This document shows positions 1 to 9,239 of a stretch of 32,000 bases of DNA, piece after piece. The DNA comes from Marinilabiliaceae bacterium (GTDB taxonomy: Bacteria; Bacteroidota; Bacteroidia; Bacteroidales; Marinilabiliaceae), in assembly GCA_963664265.1 (NCBI GenBank), contig OY760941.1:1064859-1096858 (forward strand), in the 5' to 3' direction. A program made the position numbers and the translations under genes. Each line of letters opens with the position of its first letter. Position 1 is the first letter of the stretch. The notes beneath the pieces are model-generated. The model was given only the letters and a program-made list of their open reading frames with translations. It did no database searches and was not told where the DNA came from.

Positions 1-444
1 GAAGACGCTGAAATGGTGTTGCACATCAAACCCGAGGGCGTGGACGTTACCGGCGGTCATGTGGAGGCCGAAGCCTACCGCAGCGTGTCGCAACAAATCA
101 TGGCTCGTTTCCCAAGGGTGAAAAAAGTGATCACCACCCTACGCGGGTCGGTGAGTGCCAACCACAATACTTGGTCGGGCGTGTTGTACGACGGTAAAGA
201 TCTTTACGTGGCACCCCAGTACAACATCACCCATATTGTTGACCGCGTGGGTGGCGGCGACTCATTCATGGGTGGACTGATTTACGGTTTGCTCACCTAC
301 AAGGAAGACCATCAAAAAGCGATCAACTTCGCAACAGCAGCCTCATGCTTGAAACACACCATCCATGGCGATTTCAACCTGGTGACGGTGGATGAAGTGG
401 AGAAACTGATGGGCGGGGATGCTTCCGGCCGCGTATCAAGATAA
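1..444 (+). CDS. kdgK: 2-dehydro-3-deoxygluconokinase (PfkB-family sugar kinase), C-terminal part; the 5' end lies outside the window
   Basis: The frame is open from base 1 (EDAE precedes the listed Met at 13). It carries the C-terminal PfkB signature [17 protein letters not shown] and ends with TAA at 442-444. It sits directly upstream of a KDPG aldolase gene in a hexuronate locus. Confidence 0.8.
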   Translation, partial: EDAEMVLHIKPEGVDVTGGHVEAEAYRSVSQQIMARFPRVKKVITTLRGSVSANHNTWSGVLYDGKDLYVAPQYNITHIVDRVGGGDSFMGGLIYGLLTYKEDHQKAINFATAASCLKHTIHGDFNLVTVDEVEKLMGGDASGRVSR

Positions 445-457
445 AATCAACAACCTC

Positions 458-487
458 AAGGCCGATTATCCTTTGCAAACCGGCCTT
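458..487 (+). terminator. Intergenic hairpin between kdgK and eda (7-bp stem AAGGCCG/CGGCCTT, 16-nt loop) followed by ACAATTTTT; possible partial terminator or attenuator
   Basis: The inverted repeat was read directly from the sequence. The T-run is weak and the loop is long. Confidence 0.25.
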
Positions 488-503
488 ACAATTTTTAATA
501 ACA

Positions 504-1172
504 ATGGCAAAATATTCAAAGATAGAAGTTTTCACCGCCATGAAAGAGACCGGCATTGTTCCGGTGTTTTACCATGCCGATGCCGAAGTATGCAAAAAGG
601 TGGTGAAAGCCTGCCACGAAGGTGGCATCAGGGCATTTGAATTCACCAACCGAGGTGAATTTGCACACGAAGTGTTTGGTGAACTGTCGAAATTCGTGGC
701 CAAAGAGTGCCCGGGCATGATCCTGGGCATTGGCTCCATTGTGGATGCGCCAACAGCATCGCTTTACCTGCAATTGGGTGCCAATTTCATTGTTGGCCCA
801 TTGTTCAACCCCGATGTGGCCAAAGTAGCCAACCGCCGTTTGGTGGCCTACATCCCCGGATGTGGCTCCGTGTCGGAAGTTGGTTTTGCACAGGAATTGG
901 GATGCGATGTTTGCAAAGTGTTCCCGGGCGATGTGCTGGGCACCTCTTTTGTGAAAGGGCTAAAGGCTCCCATGCCATGGTCGAACCTGATGGTGACCGG
1001 TGGCGTGAAACCCGAACATGCCAATCTGAAGGGATGGTTCGATGCGGGTGTCACCTGTGTGGGCATGGGCTCCAACCTGTTTCCCAAAAACATTATGGAT
1101 GCCAAGGATTGGACGGCACTCACCAACCTGGTGAAAGAGGTGATGGCGATTACCCAAGAAGTGAGGAAATAA
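504..1172 (+). CDS. eda: 2-dehydro-3-deoxyphosphogluconate (KDPG) / 4-hydroxy-2-oxoglutarate aldolase
   Basis: The 222-aa product aligns by eye with E. coli Eda: GIVPVF..., [11 protein letters not shown], and the Schiff-base Lys context CKVFPG (FKFFPA in E. coli). It is adjacent to kdgK. Confidence 0.85.
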   Translation: MAKYSKIEVFTAMKETGIVPVFYHADAEVCKKVVKACHEGGIRAFEFTNRGEFAHEVFGELSKFVAKECPGMILGIGSIVDAPTASLYLQLGANFIVGPLFNPDVAKVANRRLVAYIPGCGSVSEVGFAQELGCDVCKVFPGDVLGTSFVKGLKAPMPWSNLMVTGGVKPEHANLKGWFDAGVTCVGMGSNLFPKNIMDAKDWTALTNLVKEVMAITQEVRK

Positions 1173-1242
1173 ATTCCACGGGGAGGGATGACAACAACTG
1201 GCAACAAAAACGGAAGATTGCCATTTTCAGATAATTTGACCC

Positions 1243-1256
1243 GGTTGGCGCCAACC
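1243..1256. promoter_or_regulatory. Perfect 14-bp palindrome GGTTGGCGCCAACC with a central CG, 45 bp upstream of the exuT-like start; candidate LacI-family operator (alternatively a small hairpin)
   Basis: The sequence is its own reverse complement. It lies between eda and the transporter gene, and no U-run follows it. Confidence 0.25.
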
Positions 1257-1300
1257 TCCCCTATTGACTTAAATTAGCTTGTAACTGAAACATTTTTAAA

Positions 1301-2746
1301 ATGAACAAAATCAACGAAAAAATGACCCAGTACCGTTGGACGATTGTAGCCATGCTATTTTTTGCTACAACCATCAACTATCTGGACAGACAGGTTCTTT
1401 CCCTGACGTGGAAAGACTTTATTGCGCCTGAATTCCATTGGACCGACAGCCACTATGGCGCCATCACGTCGCTGTTCTCGCTGTTTTATGCGATCAGCAT
1501 GATGTTGGCCGGCCGCTTTGTAGATTGGATGGACACCAAGAAAGGATTCATGTGGGCCATTTTTGTTTGGTCGCTGGGCGCCATTTTGCACGCTTTCTGT
1601 GGCATAGCCACCTCGGGCATCATCACCGGACAATGGTTTGTTGGATTTGCTGAAGCCCGCCACATCATTGGTGGTGTAGAAGATGTAGCCCGCGTACTGA
1701 ACGTGAGTGTGGTGCTGTTTATCTTTGCCCGCTTGGTACTGGCCATTGGGGAAGCAGGCAACTTTCCTGCCGCCATCAAAGCCACTGCTGAATATTTCCC
1801 CAAGAAGGACCGGGCCTTGGCCACCAGCATCTTCAATGCCGGTGCTACAGTGGGTGCTTTGGCTGCCCCCATCACCATTCCCATTATTGCAAAGACATGG
1901 GGCTGGGAAGCTGCCTTTATTGCCATTGGCGCATTAGGGTTCATCTGGATGGGCTGGTGGCAATTCGGCTATAAAAAACCCGAAAAAAACCCGAAAGTCA
2001 ATCAAGCCGAATTGGATTACATCCATCAGGACAGCACCACAGAAGAAGTTGCCGCACTGGCCAACAAACAGCCTAAAGTGAGCTTTTTCAAATGCTTGAA
2101 TTACCGCCAAACCTGGGCCTTTGCCTTTGGTAAATTCATGACCGACGGGGTTTGGTGGTTCTACCTCTTCTGGACACCGGCCTACCTTAGCTCTGTTTAC
2201 GGTTTGCAATCATCCGATTCCCGATCACAAATTGCTTTATTTGTGCTTTATGCCATCACATTGCTTTCCATTATTGGCGGCTGGCTGCCCTCCTACTTTG
2301 TGAATAAAAAAGGGATGAATCCTTATGCCGGACGGATGAAGTCGATGCTGATATTCGCCTTTTTCCCATTGTTGGCCTTGGTAGCACAACCGCTGGGCAT
2401 TTTGAGCTATTGGTTCCCCATCATCATCATCGGTATTGCCGGAGCAGCTCACCAAGCATGGTCGGCCAATATTTTCTCAACCATTGGCGACATGTTCCCC
2501 AAAAGTGCCATTGCCACCATCACTGGTATTGGCGGATTGGCCGGAGGATTGGGATCCATGGGCATCAACTATGGTTCGGGCATCCTGTTTGACTTTGCCC
2601 GCGAGACCAACATGCAGCTTTTAGGATTCAGCGGGGTTCAAGCCGGCTACCTCATCGTATTCTCCATCTGCGCAGTGGCCTATCTAATTGGTTGGATTGT
2701 GATGAAAGCTTTGGTGCCCCATTACAAACCCATCACAGATTTATAA
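1301..2746 (+). CDS. exuT: MFS transporter, hexuronate (ExuT/ACS-family) type
   Basis: The 481-aa polytopic membrane protein has the N-terminal motif INYLDRQVLS typical of the ACS/ExuT subfamily. It is embedded between eda and uxaB/uxaA. Confidence 0.75.
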   Translation: MNKINEKMTQYRWTIVAMLFFATTINYLDRQVLSLTWKDFIAPEFHWTDSHYGAITSLFSLFYAISMMLAGRFVDWMDTKKGFMWAIFVWSLGAILHAFCGIATSGIITGQWFVGFAEARHIIGGVEDVARVLNVSVVLFIFARLVLAIGEAGNFPAAIKATAEYFPKKDRALATSIFNAGATVGALAAPITIPIIAKTWGWEAAFIAIGALGFIWMGWWQFGYKKPEKNPKVNQAELDYIHQDSTTEEVAALANKQPKVSFFKCLNYRQTWAFAFGKFMTDGVWWFYLFWTPAYLSSVYGLQSSDSRSQIALFVLYAITLLSIIGGWLPSYFVNKKGMNPYAGRMKSMLIFAFFPLLALVAQPLGILSYWFPIIIIGIAGAAHQAWSANIFSTIGDMFPKSAIATITGIGGLAGGLGSMGINYGSGILFDFARETNMQLLGFSGVQAGYLIVFSICAVAYLIGWIVMKALVPHYKPITDL

Positions 2747-2763
2747 TATATTTGCAGAATAAA

Positions 2764-2800
2764 TCAATTGAGCCGTTTCATTTAGAAGCGGCTCAATTGA
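2764..2800 (+). terminator. Hairpin downstream of exuT (12-bp perfect stem TCAATTGAGCCG/CGGCTCAATTGA, 13-nt loop)
   Basis: The perfect inverted repeat starts 18 nt after the exuT stop. No clear T-run follows, which is common in Bacteroidota. Confidence 0.5.
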
Positions 2801-2862
2801 CATGATTGATCCGCATTGCTGAGCAGAAAGCACCAACAAGTTGTGAGCCCAATAATATTGTT

Positions 2863-3918
2863 ATGAAGGAAAAAAGAGTAACCATCAAGGATATAGCCAA
2901 AAAAGCAGGCGTCTCGATAGGCACCGTCGATCGTGTGCTCCATCACCGTGGGGAGGTGGCCGAAGCCACAAGGACCAAGATCCTGAAGTTGGCCGAAAGC
3001 ATGCACTACAAACCCAACCTATTTGCCCGTGCACTTATCTCGAAAAAACAATATAAATTGGCTGTCCTACTACCCATGCCCACCAAGGACAACACCTACT
3101 GGTTACGCCACATCGAAGGCATCAAAAGCACGGCTCGCCAGCTGGAGGATTATGGCTTCCAAGTTGCCTTACTTCATTTCGACCTGCACAATGGCACCGA
3201 GTTCACCTCCCAGGCCCAAACCATCCTGGCCATGGAACCGGACGGTGTGATCTTTGCCCCCATCCTGAAAAAAGAGTCGTTGATATTTTCATCTGAATTG
3301 GATCAGCGCAGTATCCCCTACATCTTCATCGACACCAACATCAAGGAGACCAACTGCTTGGGCTTTATTGGCGAAGATGCCTTCCAAAGCGGGCGCGTGG
3401 CAGCCAGCATCATCGATTATGGCATCGACCCTGAAAAAGACATCCTGCTGGTGAACATTGCCAAGGATTTGGACAACACACAGCACCTGACCTCTCGCAA
3501 CCAGGGCTTCATGAGCTATTTCATGGATGCCGGCCGCAACAGGGGCATAAAAATCAGCCTCGAAATACCATCGGCCGATGAGGAGGTGGTGGCAGAGAAA
3601 CTCAACAGGGTGCTAACCAACAACCCAAACATTGGCGCCATCTGGGTTTCGAGTGCCAAGACCTATGCCGTGGCCCGATACCTTGACCAGATCAACAAAC
3701 GCGACCTCATTGTGGTAGGCTATGAAGTTTATGAAGAAAACGTGGCCTACGTGCAAAAAAACATCATTCAATACTTAATTGCGCAACAACCGGTGAAGCA
3801 AAGCCGCAAAGCCCTTCGCAAGATGTTCAACTTCCTGAGCAGCAATATGCCCCCGGCAAAACTGGAGTACCAGAAAATTGAAATCGTCAACGCTGAAAAT
3901 ATTCGTTTCTACATTTAA
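2863..3918 (+). CDS. LacI-family transcriptional regulator (HTH plus periplasmic-binding-protein-like sugar-binding domain)
   Basis: The N-terminal HTH reads MKEKRVTIKDIAKKAGVSIGTVDRVLHHRG. I placed the start at ATG 2863; the track ORF begins at an upstream TTG (2806). The protein is about 351 aa, typical for the family. Confidence 0.85.
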   Translation: MKEKRVTIKDIAKKAGVSIGTVDRVLHHRGEVAEATRTKILKLAESMHYKPNLFARALISKKQYKLAVLLPMPTKDNTYWLRHIEGIKSTARQLEDYGFQVALLHFDLHNGTEFTSQAQTILAMEPDGVIFAPILKKESLIFSSELDQRSIPYIFIDTNIKETNCLGFIGEDAFQSGRVAASIIDYGIDPEKDILLVNIAKDLDNTQHLTSRNQGFMSYFMDAGRNRGIKISLEIPSADEEVVAEKLNRVLTNNPNIGAIWVSSAKTYAVARYLDQINKRDLIVVGYEVYEENVAYVQKNIIQYLIAQQPVKQSRKALRKMFNFLSSNMPPAKLEYQKIEIVNAENIRFYI

Positions 3919-3941
3919 ACAACCATTTAAAAATTAAGGAC

Positions 3942-4418
3942 ATGGCAATATTTGGCTACATACAACCACTCGAAAACCAAGTGACAGGAGAGCTCTTCAA
4001 AAAAGCTTTTGACTTTTTAAAATCAACCGACTTGGATGAAGTTTTTTCCCGTGTCACACCCGGCAACAACATCACCATTGAACTCGACGGCAAAAACCTC
4101 TTTGCCATCTTCCAGGAGTACGACTCCAAATTGCATGAAAATGCAAAAACCGAAGCACACCAGGTTTATACCGACATACAATACCTGCACGAAGGCAGCG
4201 AAATAATAGGCGTTGCCGGCTTGCCCGACATCGTGGAGCAGGCCGAATACAATGCAGAGAAAGACATCTGCTTCCCCAAAGCCAGCCACCTTTCTCATCT
4301 GTTACTCACCAAAGGCACGGCAGCCATCCTCTATCCCGAAGATGTGCATGCACCCGGCATGGCTATCAACAACACCCCTTCGAGAGTCAAGAAAATTGTA
4401 TTCAAAGTCAAGCTCTAA
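3942..4418 (+). CDS. YhcH/YjgK/YiaL-family (DUF386, EbgC-like) beta-sandwich protein
   Basis: It is 158 aa, with the family-typical pattern ...LFAIFQEY......EAH..YTDIQYL..G.E.I... and the C-terminal YPEDVHAP. Confidence 0.6.
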   Translation: MAIFGYIQPLENQVTGELFKKAFDFLKSTDLDEVFSRVTPGNNITIELDGKNLFAIFQEYDSKLHENAKTEAHQVYTDIQYLHEGSEIIGVAGLPDIVEQAEYNAEKDICFPKASHLSHLLLTKGTAAILYPEDVHAPGMAINNTPSRVKKIVFKVKL

Positions 4419-4434
4419 AGCAGCTGAACGATTC

Positions 4435-4478
4435 AAAGCCGGGGCTGCCACTCAAAAATGACAGACCCGGCTTTTTTT
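4435..4478 (+). terminator. Rho-independent-type terminator after the yhcH-like gene (stem AAAGCCGGG/CCCGGCTTT, long loop, then a T7 run)
   Basis: An inverted repeat followed by TTTTTTT was read directly, 17 nt after the stop codon. Confidence 0.55.
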
Positions 4479-4608
4479 GCATCCACACCCCTAAACAACA
4501 TCTTATAAATCAACAACATACCTTCAAAAATCAAATCATCCACCATAAACGAAACAATCTTCCACCCTATTTTTTTGACTTTTTCCGTGTTCGTTAACGG
4601 CTTTTGAA

Positions 4609-4616
4609 TATATTTG
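4609..4616 (+). promoter_or_regulatory. Candidate Bacteroidota -7 promoter box TATATTTG (TAnnTTTG) 51 nt upstream of the uxaB ATG
   Basis: This is an exact match to the TAnnTTTG consensus. I found no convincing -33 TTTG at the canonical spacing. Confidence 0.3.
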
Positions 4617-4666
4617 TAAACAGTCACCGATAAATGACAATAATTGTAAAATAAAAAAATAACCAT

Positions 4667-6118
4667 ATGAGAATCAACAGAGAGAACCACAAAGAAGCAC
4701 AACGCTATCCCGAAAAAATAGTCCAATTTGGCGAAGGCAATTTCCTAAGGGCTTTTGTGGACTGGATCGTTTACCGTATGAACAAACAGTGCGGGTTCAA
4801 TGCCGGTGTCACTGTCGTACAGCCCATTGCCCATGGTATGGTTGACAAGCTCAATGAGCAGGATGGCCTTTACACCTTGTATTTGCGCGGCATCGTCAAT
4901 GGCAAACCACAAAGCGACCGTATGGTGGTGGATGTGATCAACCGGGGCATCAACCCCTACACCCAATACCAGGAATACTTGCAGCTGGCAACCAACCCTG
5001 AGTTGGAATTCATCATCAGTAACACCACCGAAGCCGGCATCGCCTACAACGAGGAGGACCGTTACAACGACGCCCCCCCGGCCTCTTTCCCCGCCAAGCT
5101 CACCGTTTTGCTTCACAAACGTTTCGAACATTTCAACGGCGACCAAACCAAAGGGTTATTCATCATCCCTTGCGAATTGATCGACAAAAACGCCGATTAC
5201 CTGAAAAAATACATCCTGCAATATGCTAAACAGTGGAATTTGGGCGATGATTTCATCTACTGGGTTGAACAGAGCAACCATTTTTGCAACTCATTAGTTG
5301 ACCGCATCGTGCCCGGCTATCCCAAAGATAGGATTGAAGAGGTAAAAGCCGAATTACCCTATGAGGATCAATTGGTGAACGAAGCCGAACAATTCCATTT
5401 GTGGGTGATTGAAGGTGGCGAGGAACTGAAAAAACGGTTCCCAGTTGAAAAAACCGATCTGAACGTATTGATTGTGCCCGATGCCTCGGACTACAAAACC
5501 CGCAAAGTACGCATCCTCAACGGATCGCACACAGCCCTGTGTCCCATCAGCATCCTAGCAGGCATTGAAACCGTTCGCGAAGCCATGGAAGATGGCGACA
5601 CCATGAAGTTTCTGGCACAAACATTAAATGAAGAGATCATCCCAACCCTCACCCTGCCCAAACCAGAGTTGGAGCAATTTGCGGCCGATGTGCTCGACCG
5701 TTTCCGCAACCCGTTTATCAAACACTACTGGATGAGCATCTCGCTCAACAGCATGTCAAAATTTGAAACCAGGGTATTGCCTTCGTTGCTCACTTACCAG
5801 AAGGCCAATGGCAAGCTACCCAAAGGTCTCTCCTTTGCCCTGGCGGCCACCATCGCCTTCTACGAAGGCTACCGCGGTGCCGAAAAGCTCGACATCAAGG
5901 ACAACGACGACATCATGGCCCTCTATGCCGAAGCCTGGCAATTGTTCGATGGCGACGACGCCTCGTACCAGCAGGTGGTGGAAAAAGTGCTGGGCTACGA
6001 AGCCAACTGGAAGATGGACTTGAAAAAAGTTCCCGGCTTAACAGAAGCGGTAACCGCTCACCTGACCGCCATAGAACGTCAGGGCATGCGCGAGGCTTTA
6101 AAAACAATCATTGCTTAA
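4667..6118 (+). CDS. uxaB: Tagaturonate reductase (altronate oxidoreductase)
   Basis: The 483 aa are colinear with E. coli UxaB: YPEKIVQFGEGNFLRAFVDW, SNTTEAGI, IIPCELID, LVDRIVPGYP and RFRNPFIKH. Confidence 0.92.
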   Translation: MRINRENHKEAQRYPEKIVQFGEGNFLRAFVDWIVYRMNKQCGFNAGVTVVQPIAHGMVDKLNEQDGLYTLYLRGIVNGKPQSDRMVVDVINRGINPYTQYQEYLQLATNPELEFIISNTTEAGIAYNEEDRYNDAPPASFPAKLTVLLHKRFEHFNGDQTKGLFIIPCELIDKNADYLKKYILQYAKQWNLGDDFIYWVEQSNHFCNSLVDRIVPGYPKDRIEEVKAELPYEDQLVNEAEQFHLWVIEGGEELKKRFPVEKTDLNVLIVPDASDYKTRKVRILNGSHTALCPISILAGIETVREAMEDGDTMKFLAQTLNEEIIPTLTLPKPELEQFAADVLDRFRNPFIKHYWMSISLNSMSKFETRVLPSLLTYQKANGKLPKGLSFALAATIAFYEGYRGAEKLDIKDNDDIMALYAEAWQLFDGDDASYQQVVEKVLGYEANWKMDLKKVPGLTEAVTAHLTAIERQGMREALKTIIA

Positions 6119-6128
6119 AAGATTGACC

Positions 6129-7616
6129 ATGAAGACATTCATCCAACTCAACCCCAACGACGATGTGGTGGTTCTTTTGCTGGAAACCGTGAAAGGCACC
6201 CTGATCGATGTGGAAGGACAATCGATTACCGTTCTGCAAGATATTCCAGCGGGACACAAGATGGCCATTAAACCAATTGCTGAGGGACAAAATATATTGA
6301 AATACGGCTATCCCATCGGGATGGCCACTGCCCCCATCGCCATTGGCGAACACGTACACACGCACAACATCAAAACAGGGCTGTCGGGCACACTCACCTA
6401 CGAATATCAGCCCAAACAAAGTGCCTTACCAACAGGAACCGACAAACGGATCTTTAAAGGCTATGTGCGCAAAAACGGGGATGTGGGCATCCGCAACGAA
6501 TTATGGATTGTGCCCACAGTAGGCTGCGTCAATGGCCAGGCTGAACAGATGATCCGCCGCTTCAAGGAAGAGGTGGCTCCAACCGACATCGATGCCATTG
6601 AGGTGTTCAAGCACAGCTATGGCTGTTCGCAATTGGGCGACGACCATAAAAACACCCGCACCATACTGGGCGACATTGCCCTGCACCCCAATGCAGGTGG
6701 TGTATTGGTGCTGGGACTGGGTTGCGAGAACAACATCGTGGGCGATTTCAGAAAATCACTGGGCGAATACGACGATGAACGGGTCAAGTACCTGGTAGCA
6801 CAGGATGTGGAAGATGAAATTGAGATTGGGGTACAGCTATTAAAAGAGCTCTATGCCAAAATGCAGCAGGACCAGCGCGTGGAGGTTCCGCTTGCCAAAC
6901 TGAAGATCGGCTTGAAATGCGGCGGATCCGACGGCTTCTCGGGCATCACGGCCAACCCGCTGCTGGGCGCCTTCAGCGACTTCCTGATCGCTAACGGCGG
7001 CACCACCATTCTGACCGAGGTACCAGAGATGTTCGGTGCCGAAACCATCCTGATGGAACGCACGGTCAACCACGAGGTGTTCGACAAAACGGTGCATCTG
7101 ATCAACGATTTCAAGGAATACTTTTGCGCGCACAACCAGCCGGTTTACGAAAACCCTTCACCAGGCAACAAAGCTGGCGGAATCTCCACCTTGGAGGACA
7201 AATCGCTGGGATGCACCCAGAAAGGCGGCACCGCCCCAGTGGTTGATGTGTTGAAATATGGCGAAAGGATTAAGACCCATGGCCTCAACCTTTTGAGCGC
7301 CCCGGGCAACGACTTAGTGGCCACCACCGCACTGGGCGCCTCAGGCTGCCAGATGGTACTTTTCACCACCGGCCGGGGAACGCCATTTGGCAGCTTTATA
7401 CCTACCATGAAAGTATCGACCAACAGCCGCCTAGCCAAGCTCAAGCCACATTGGGTGGATTTCAATGCAGGGGTATTGGTGGAAGACCAACCCATGCCAG
7501 AGGTACTGGATCAGTTTATCAATCTGATCATCAGCGTTGCCAGTGGCGAAAAACTCAATCATGAAAAACATGGATTCAAGGAGATATCCATTTTCAAAAC
7601 AGGTGTAACACTCTAG
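6129..7616 (+). CDS. uxaA: Altronate dehydratase
   Basis: The product is colinear with E. coli UxaA: GHK.A, GEHVHTHN, NELWIVPTVGCVNG, YGCSQLGDDH, GLGCENN, LKCGGSDGFSGITANP and ENPSPGNKAGGISTLEDKSLGCTQK. The start is set at ATG 6129; the track start 6111 is a TTG that overlaps uxaB. Confidence 0.92.
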   Translation: MKTFIQLNPNDDVVVLLLETVKGTLIDVEGQSITVLQDIPAGHKMAIKPIAEGQNILKYGYPIGMATAPIAIGEHVHTHNIKTGLSGTLTYEYQPKQSALPTGTDKRIFKGYVRKNGDVGIRNELWIVPTVGCVNGQAEQMIRRFKEEVAPTDIDAIEVFKHSYGCSQLGDDHKNTRTILGDIALHPNAGGVLVLGLGCENNIVGDFRKSLGEYDDERVKYLVAQDVEDEIEIGVQLLKELYAKMQQDQRVEVPLAKLKIGLKCGGSDGFSGITANPLLGAFSDFLIANGGTTILTEVPEMFGAETILMERTVNHEVFDKTVHLINDFKEYFCAHNQPVYENPSPGNKAGGISTLEDKSLGCTQKGGTAPVVDVLKYGERIKTHGLNLLSAPGNDLVATTALGASGCQMVLFTTGRGTPFGSFIPTMKVSTNSRLAKLKPHWVDFNAGVLVEDQPMPEVLDQFINLIISVASGEKLNHEKHGFKEISIFKTGVTL

Positions 7617-7663
7617 CTTTTATAATAATACTTCTGATTTCGTTTTTTTTATTTAACTGTGGA

Positions 7664-7699
7664 AAAAGGGCTGGCCAAAAACAACTGGACAGCCCTTTT
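7664..7699. terminator. Bidirectional terminator between the convergent uxaA and sulfatase genes (10-bp stem AAAAGGGCTG/CAGCCCTTTT)
   Basis: A perfect inverted repeat carries A-run and T-run arms, placed between two converging stop codons (7616 and 7734). Confidence 0.7.
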
Positions 7700-7733
7700 A
7701 CATTTATCCCATTAGGGGTTCAAGGTTGAAATT

Positions 7734-9239
7734 CTATTTTGCCGACTTTGGATAATTGGGTCCCACGAGCATGGTCTTTTGAAAAGGCATTAGCTGCCCA
7801 TCCCTAACAAATGGTTCGCCCCGCTCACTCAAATGCGAAACCATCCGTTGACGCCACAACTCAAGTTTCTGCTTATGTTCGGGCTTTCCAGCAAGGTTAA
7901 TGGACTCGCTCTTATCCTTTGAGATGTCGAACAGCTGTTCCTCACCCGTGCGGAAAAACCAAATGTATTTCGATTGGCCATCGGTCAGGGCACACCAATA
8001 GTTGTTCTCCTGATAGGTCGTGGCATGCTCCAAGTCGATGTATTGGCGCCAGGGAGTGTTCTTCTTGCGGATCAAATCAAGCATCGAAAGGCCATCCATA
8101 TCATCGGGAACGGTAATGGACGCCGCATTCAGGAACGTTGGCAGGATATCGCGCAACTCAACCGGTTGGGGTAAAACTGTCCCTCTTTTCACAGCAGATT
8201 TAACCGATTTTGGCCATTTCATAATCATGGGCACATGCGACGAACCTTCGTAAGCATAAGTCTTACGCCAATGGTGATGGTCGCCCATCATATCGCCATG
8301 GTCGGAGGTAAAGATAATCAACGACTGGTCGTAGATGCCTTTCTCCTTGAGCAACTTGATGAACTCGCCAATCTGATCATCGATAAAGGTGATGGCTGCG
8401 TAATAATGCCGACGTGAGTTGATGGCATGCTCAACACCAAAATCGCCAAAAGCCGCATCGGGTGTATGAGGAAAACTGGCAAAAGGTACAGCCCACTCCC
8501 CCACATAGGGTGCCGGGATGTTGGCATTCTCATAAAGGTCGAGATAACGCTTGGGCGGATCGTAGGGGCTGTGGGGTCTGGCAAAGCTCACCTTCATAAA
8601 CAGGGGCTGAGCCAAATCGTGCTGCTCAATAAAATCCATGGCCACCTCATTGGTCCAAACGGTGGGATGCAGATCCTCTGCCAACAGGTAGGTACCAGCG
8701 CGATGCTCATTCCAACCAATGCCGGTGGCATCGGGATCGATATTGGGTGCCATTTTCTGGAACCACTGACGGTAGTCGCTGATAAAATCATCGGACTCTA
8801 CCCGGCCACTCTCATCCAATAGTGTTTGATGGAAACCATGTAGGTTGCGCTGCGGATGCCAATGCATCTTGCCAATTCCAATGGTGTAATAGCCCGCCTG
8901 GCTCAACATGCGTGGCATCTCGTAGCGGTACGATTCGGCCACCTTGTAGTACCCCAACATACCATGATGCCAAGGCGACAGCCCCGTCAATAGTCCTGCG
9001 CGGGCAGGCGTACTGCTGGGCACCGAGGAGTAAGCATTGGAAAACAAGACTCCATCGTTGGCCAAGCGATCCAGGTTGGGCGTTTGGATGGCAGGATTCA
9101 CCCGGCCAATGCAATCACCCCGCTGCTGGTCGGTCATAATCAGAAAGATATGAGGCTTTAGCTGAGTTTTATTTTGGGCTGCCAAACAATGCCCTCCCAA
9201 CAGGGATGCCGTGGCCGTCAATAGACAAGAATATTTCAT
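7734..9239 (-). CDS. Secreted S1-family sulfatase (arylsulfatase A-like), Ser-type active-site motif
   Basis: There is a signal peptide (MKYSCLLTATASLLGGHCLAAQ) and the motif HIFLIMTDQQRGD. The sulfatase signature reads SSTPARAGLLTG, with Ser (AGT 9014..9012) where the formylglycine precursor Cys/Ser sits. FTSDHGDMMGDH is also present. The ATG is at 9239; the track begins at TTG 9245. Confidence 0.88.
   Translation of the reverse strand: MKYSCLLTATASLLGGHCLAAQNKTQLKPHIFLIMTDQQRGDCIGRVNPAIQTPNLDRLANDGVLFSNAYSSVPSSTPARAGLLTGLSPWHHGMLGYYKVAESYRYEMPRMLSQAGYYTIGIGKMHWHPQRNLHGFHQTLLDESGRVESDDFISDYRQWFQKMAPNIDPDATGIGWNEHRAGTYLLAEDLHPTVWTNEVAMDFIEQHDLAQPLFMKVSFARPHSPYDPPKRYLDLYENANIPAPYVGEWAVPFASFPHTPDAAFGDFGVEHAINSRRHYYAAITFIDDQIGEFIKLLKEKGIYDQSLIIFTSDHGDMMGDHHHWRKTYAYEGSSHVPMIMKWPKSVKSAVKRGTVLPQPVELRDILPTFLNAASITVPDDMDGLSMLDLIRKKNTPWRQYIDLEHATTYQENNYWCALTDGQSKYIWFFRTGEEQLFDISKDKSESINLAGKPEHKQKLELWRQRMVSHLSERGEPFVRDGQLMPFQKTMLVGPNYPKSAK

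Noticed and set aside
707-1234. A 175-aa + strand ORF overlapping eda in another frame, together with other overlapping ORFs at 516-1207
   Set aside because: These are out-of-frame overlaps with a well-supported KDPG aldolase gene. Their compositions are Cys/Trp/Gly/Arg-rich and typical of off-frame translation.
2806-2862. Upstream alternative starts listed by the ORF track: TTG 2806 for the LacI-family gene, TTG 6111 for uxaA, GTG 28386 for the IS66 transposase and TTG 9245 for the sulfatase
   Set aside because: In each case a downstream ATG gives the N-terminus expected for the family (an HTH at residue about 5, MKTFIQL, MNSRES, or a signal peptide). The extensions add non-conserved residues or overlap the preceding gene.
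4433-4726. A 97-aa minus-strand ORF spanning the yhcH-uxaB intergenic region
   Set aside because: It runs through the terminator and promoter region and overlaps the uxaB start. Its hydrophobic, low-complexity sequence derives from AT-rich spacer DNA, and nothing in the context supports it.
7708-7725. An additional copy of the octamer GGGGTTCA near the sulfatase 3' end, as a possible dispersed REP copy
   Set aside because: Only the 8-mer is shared. There is no flanking palindrome and no extended similarity to the 14046-14114 units, so the match is compatible with chance.
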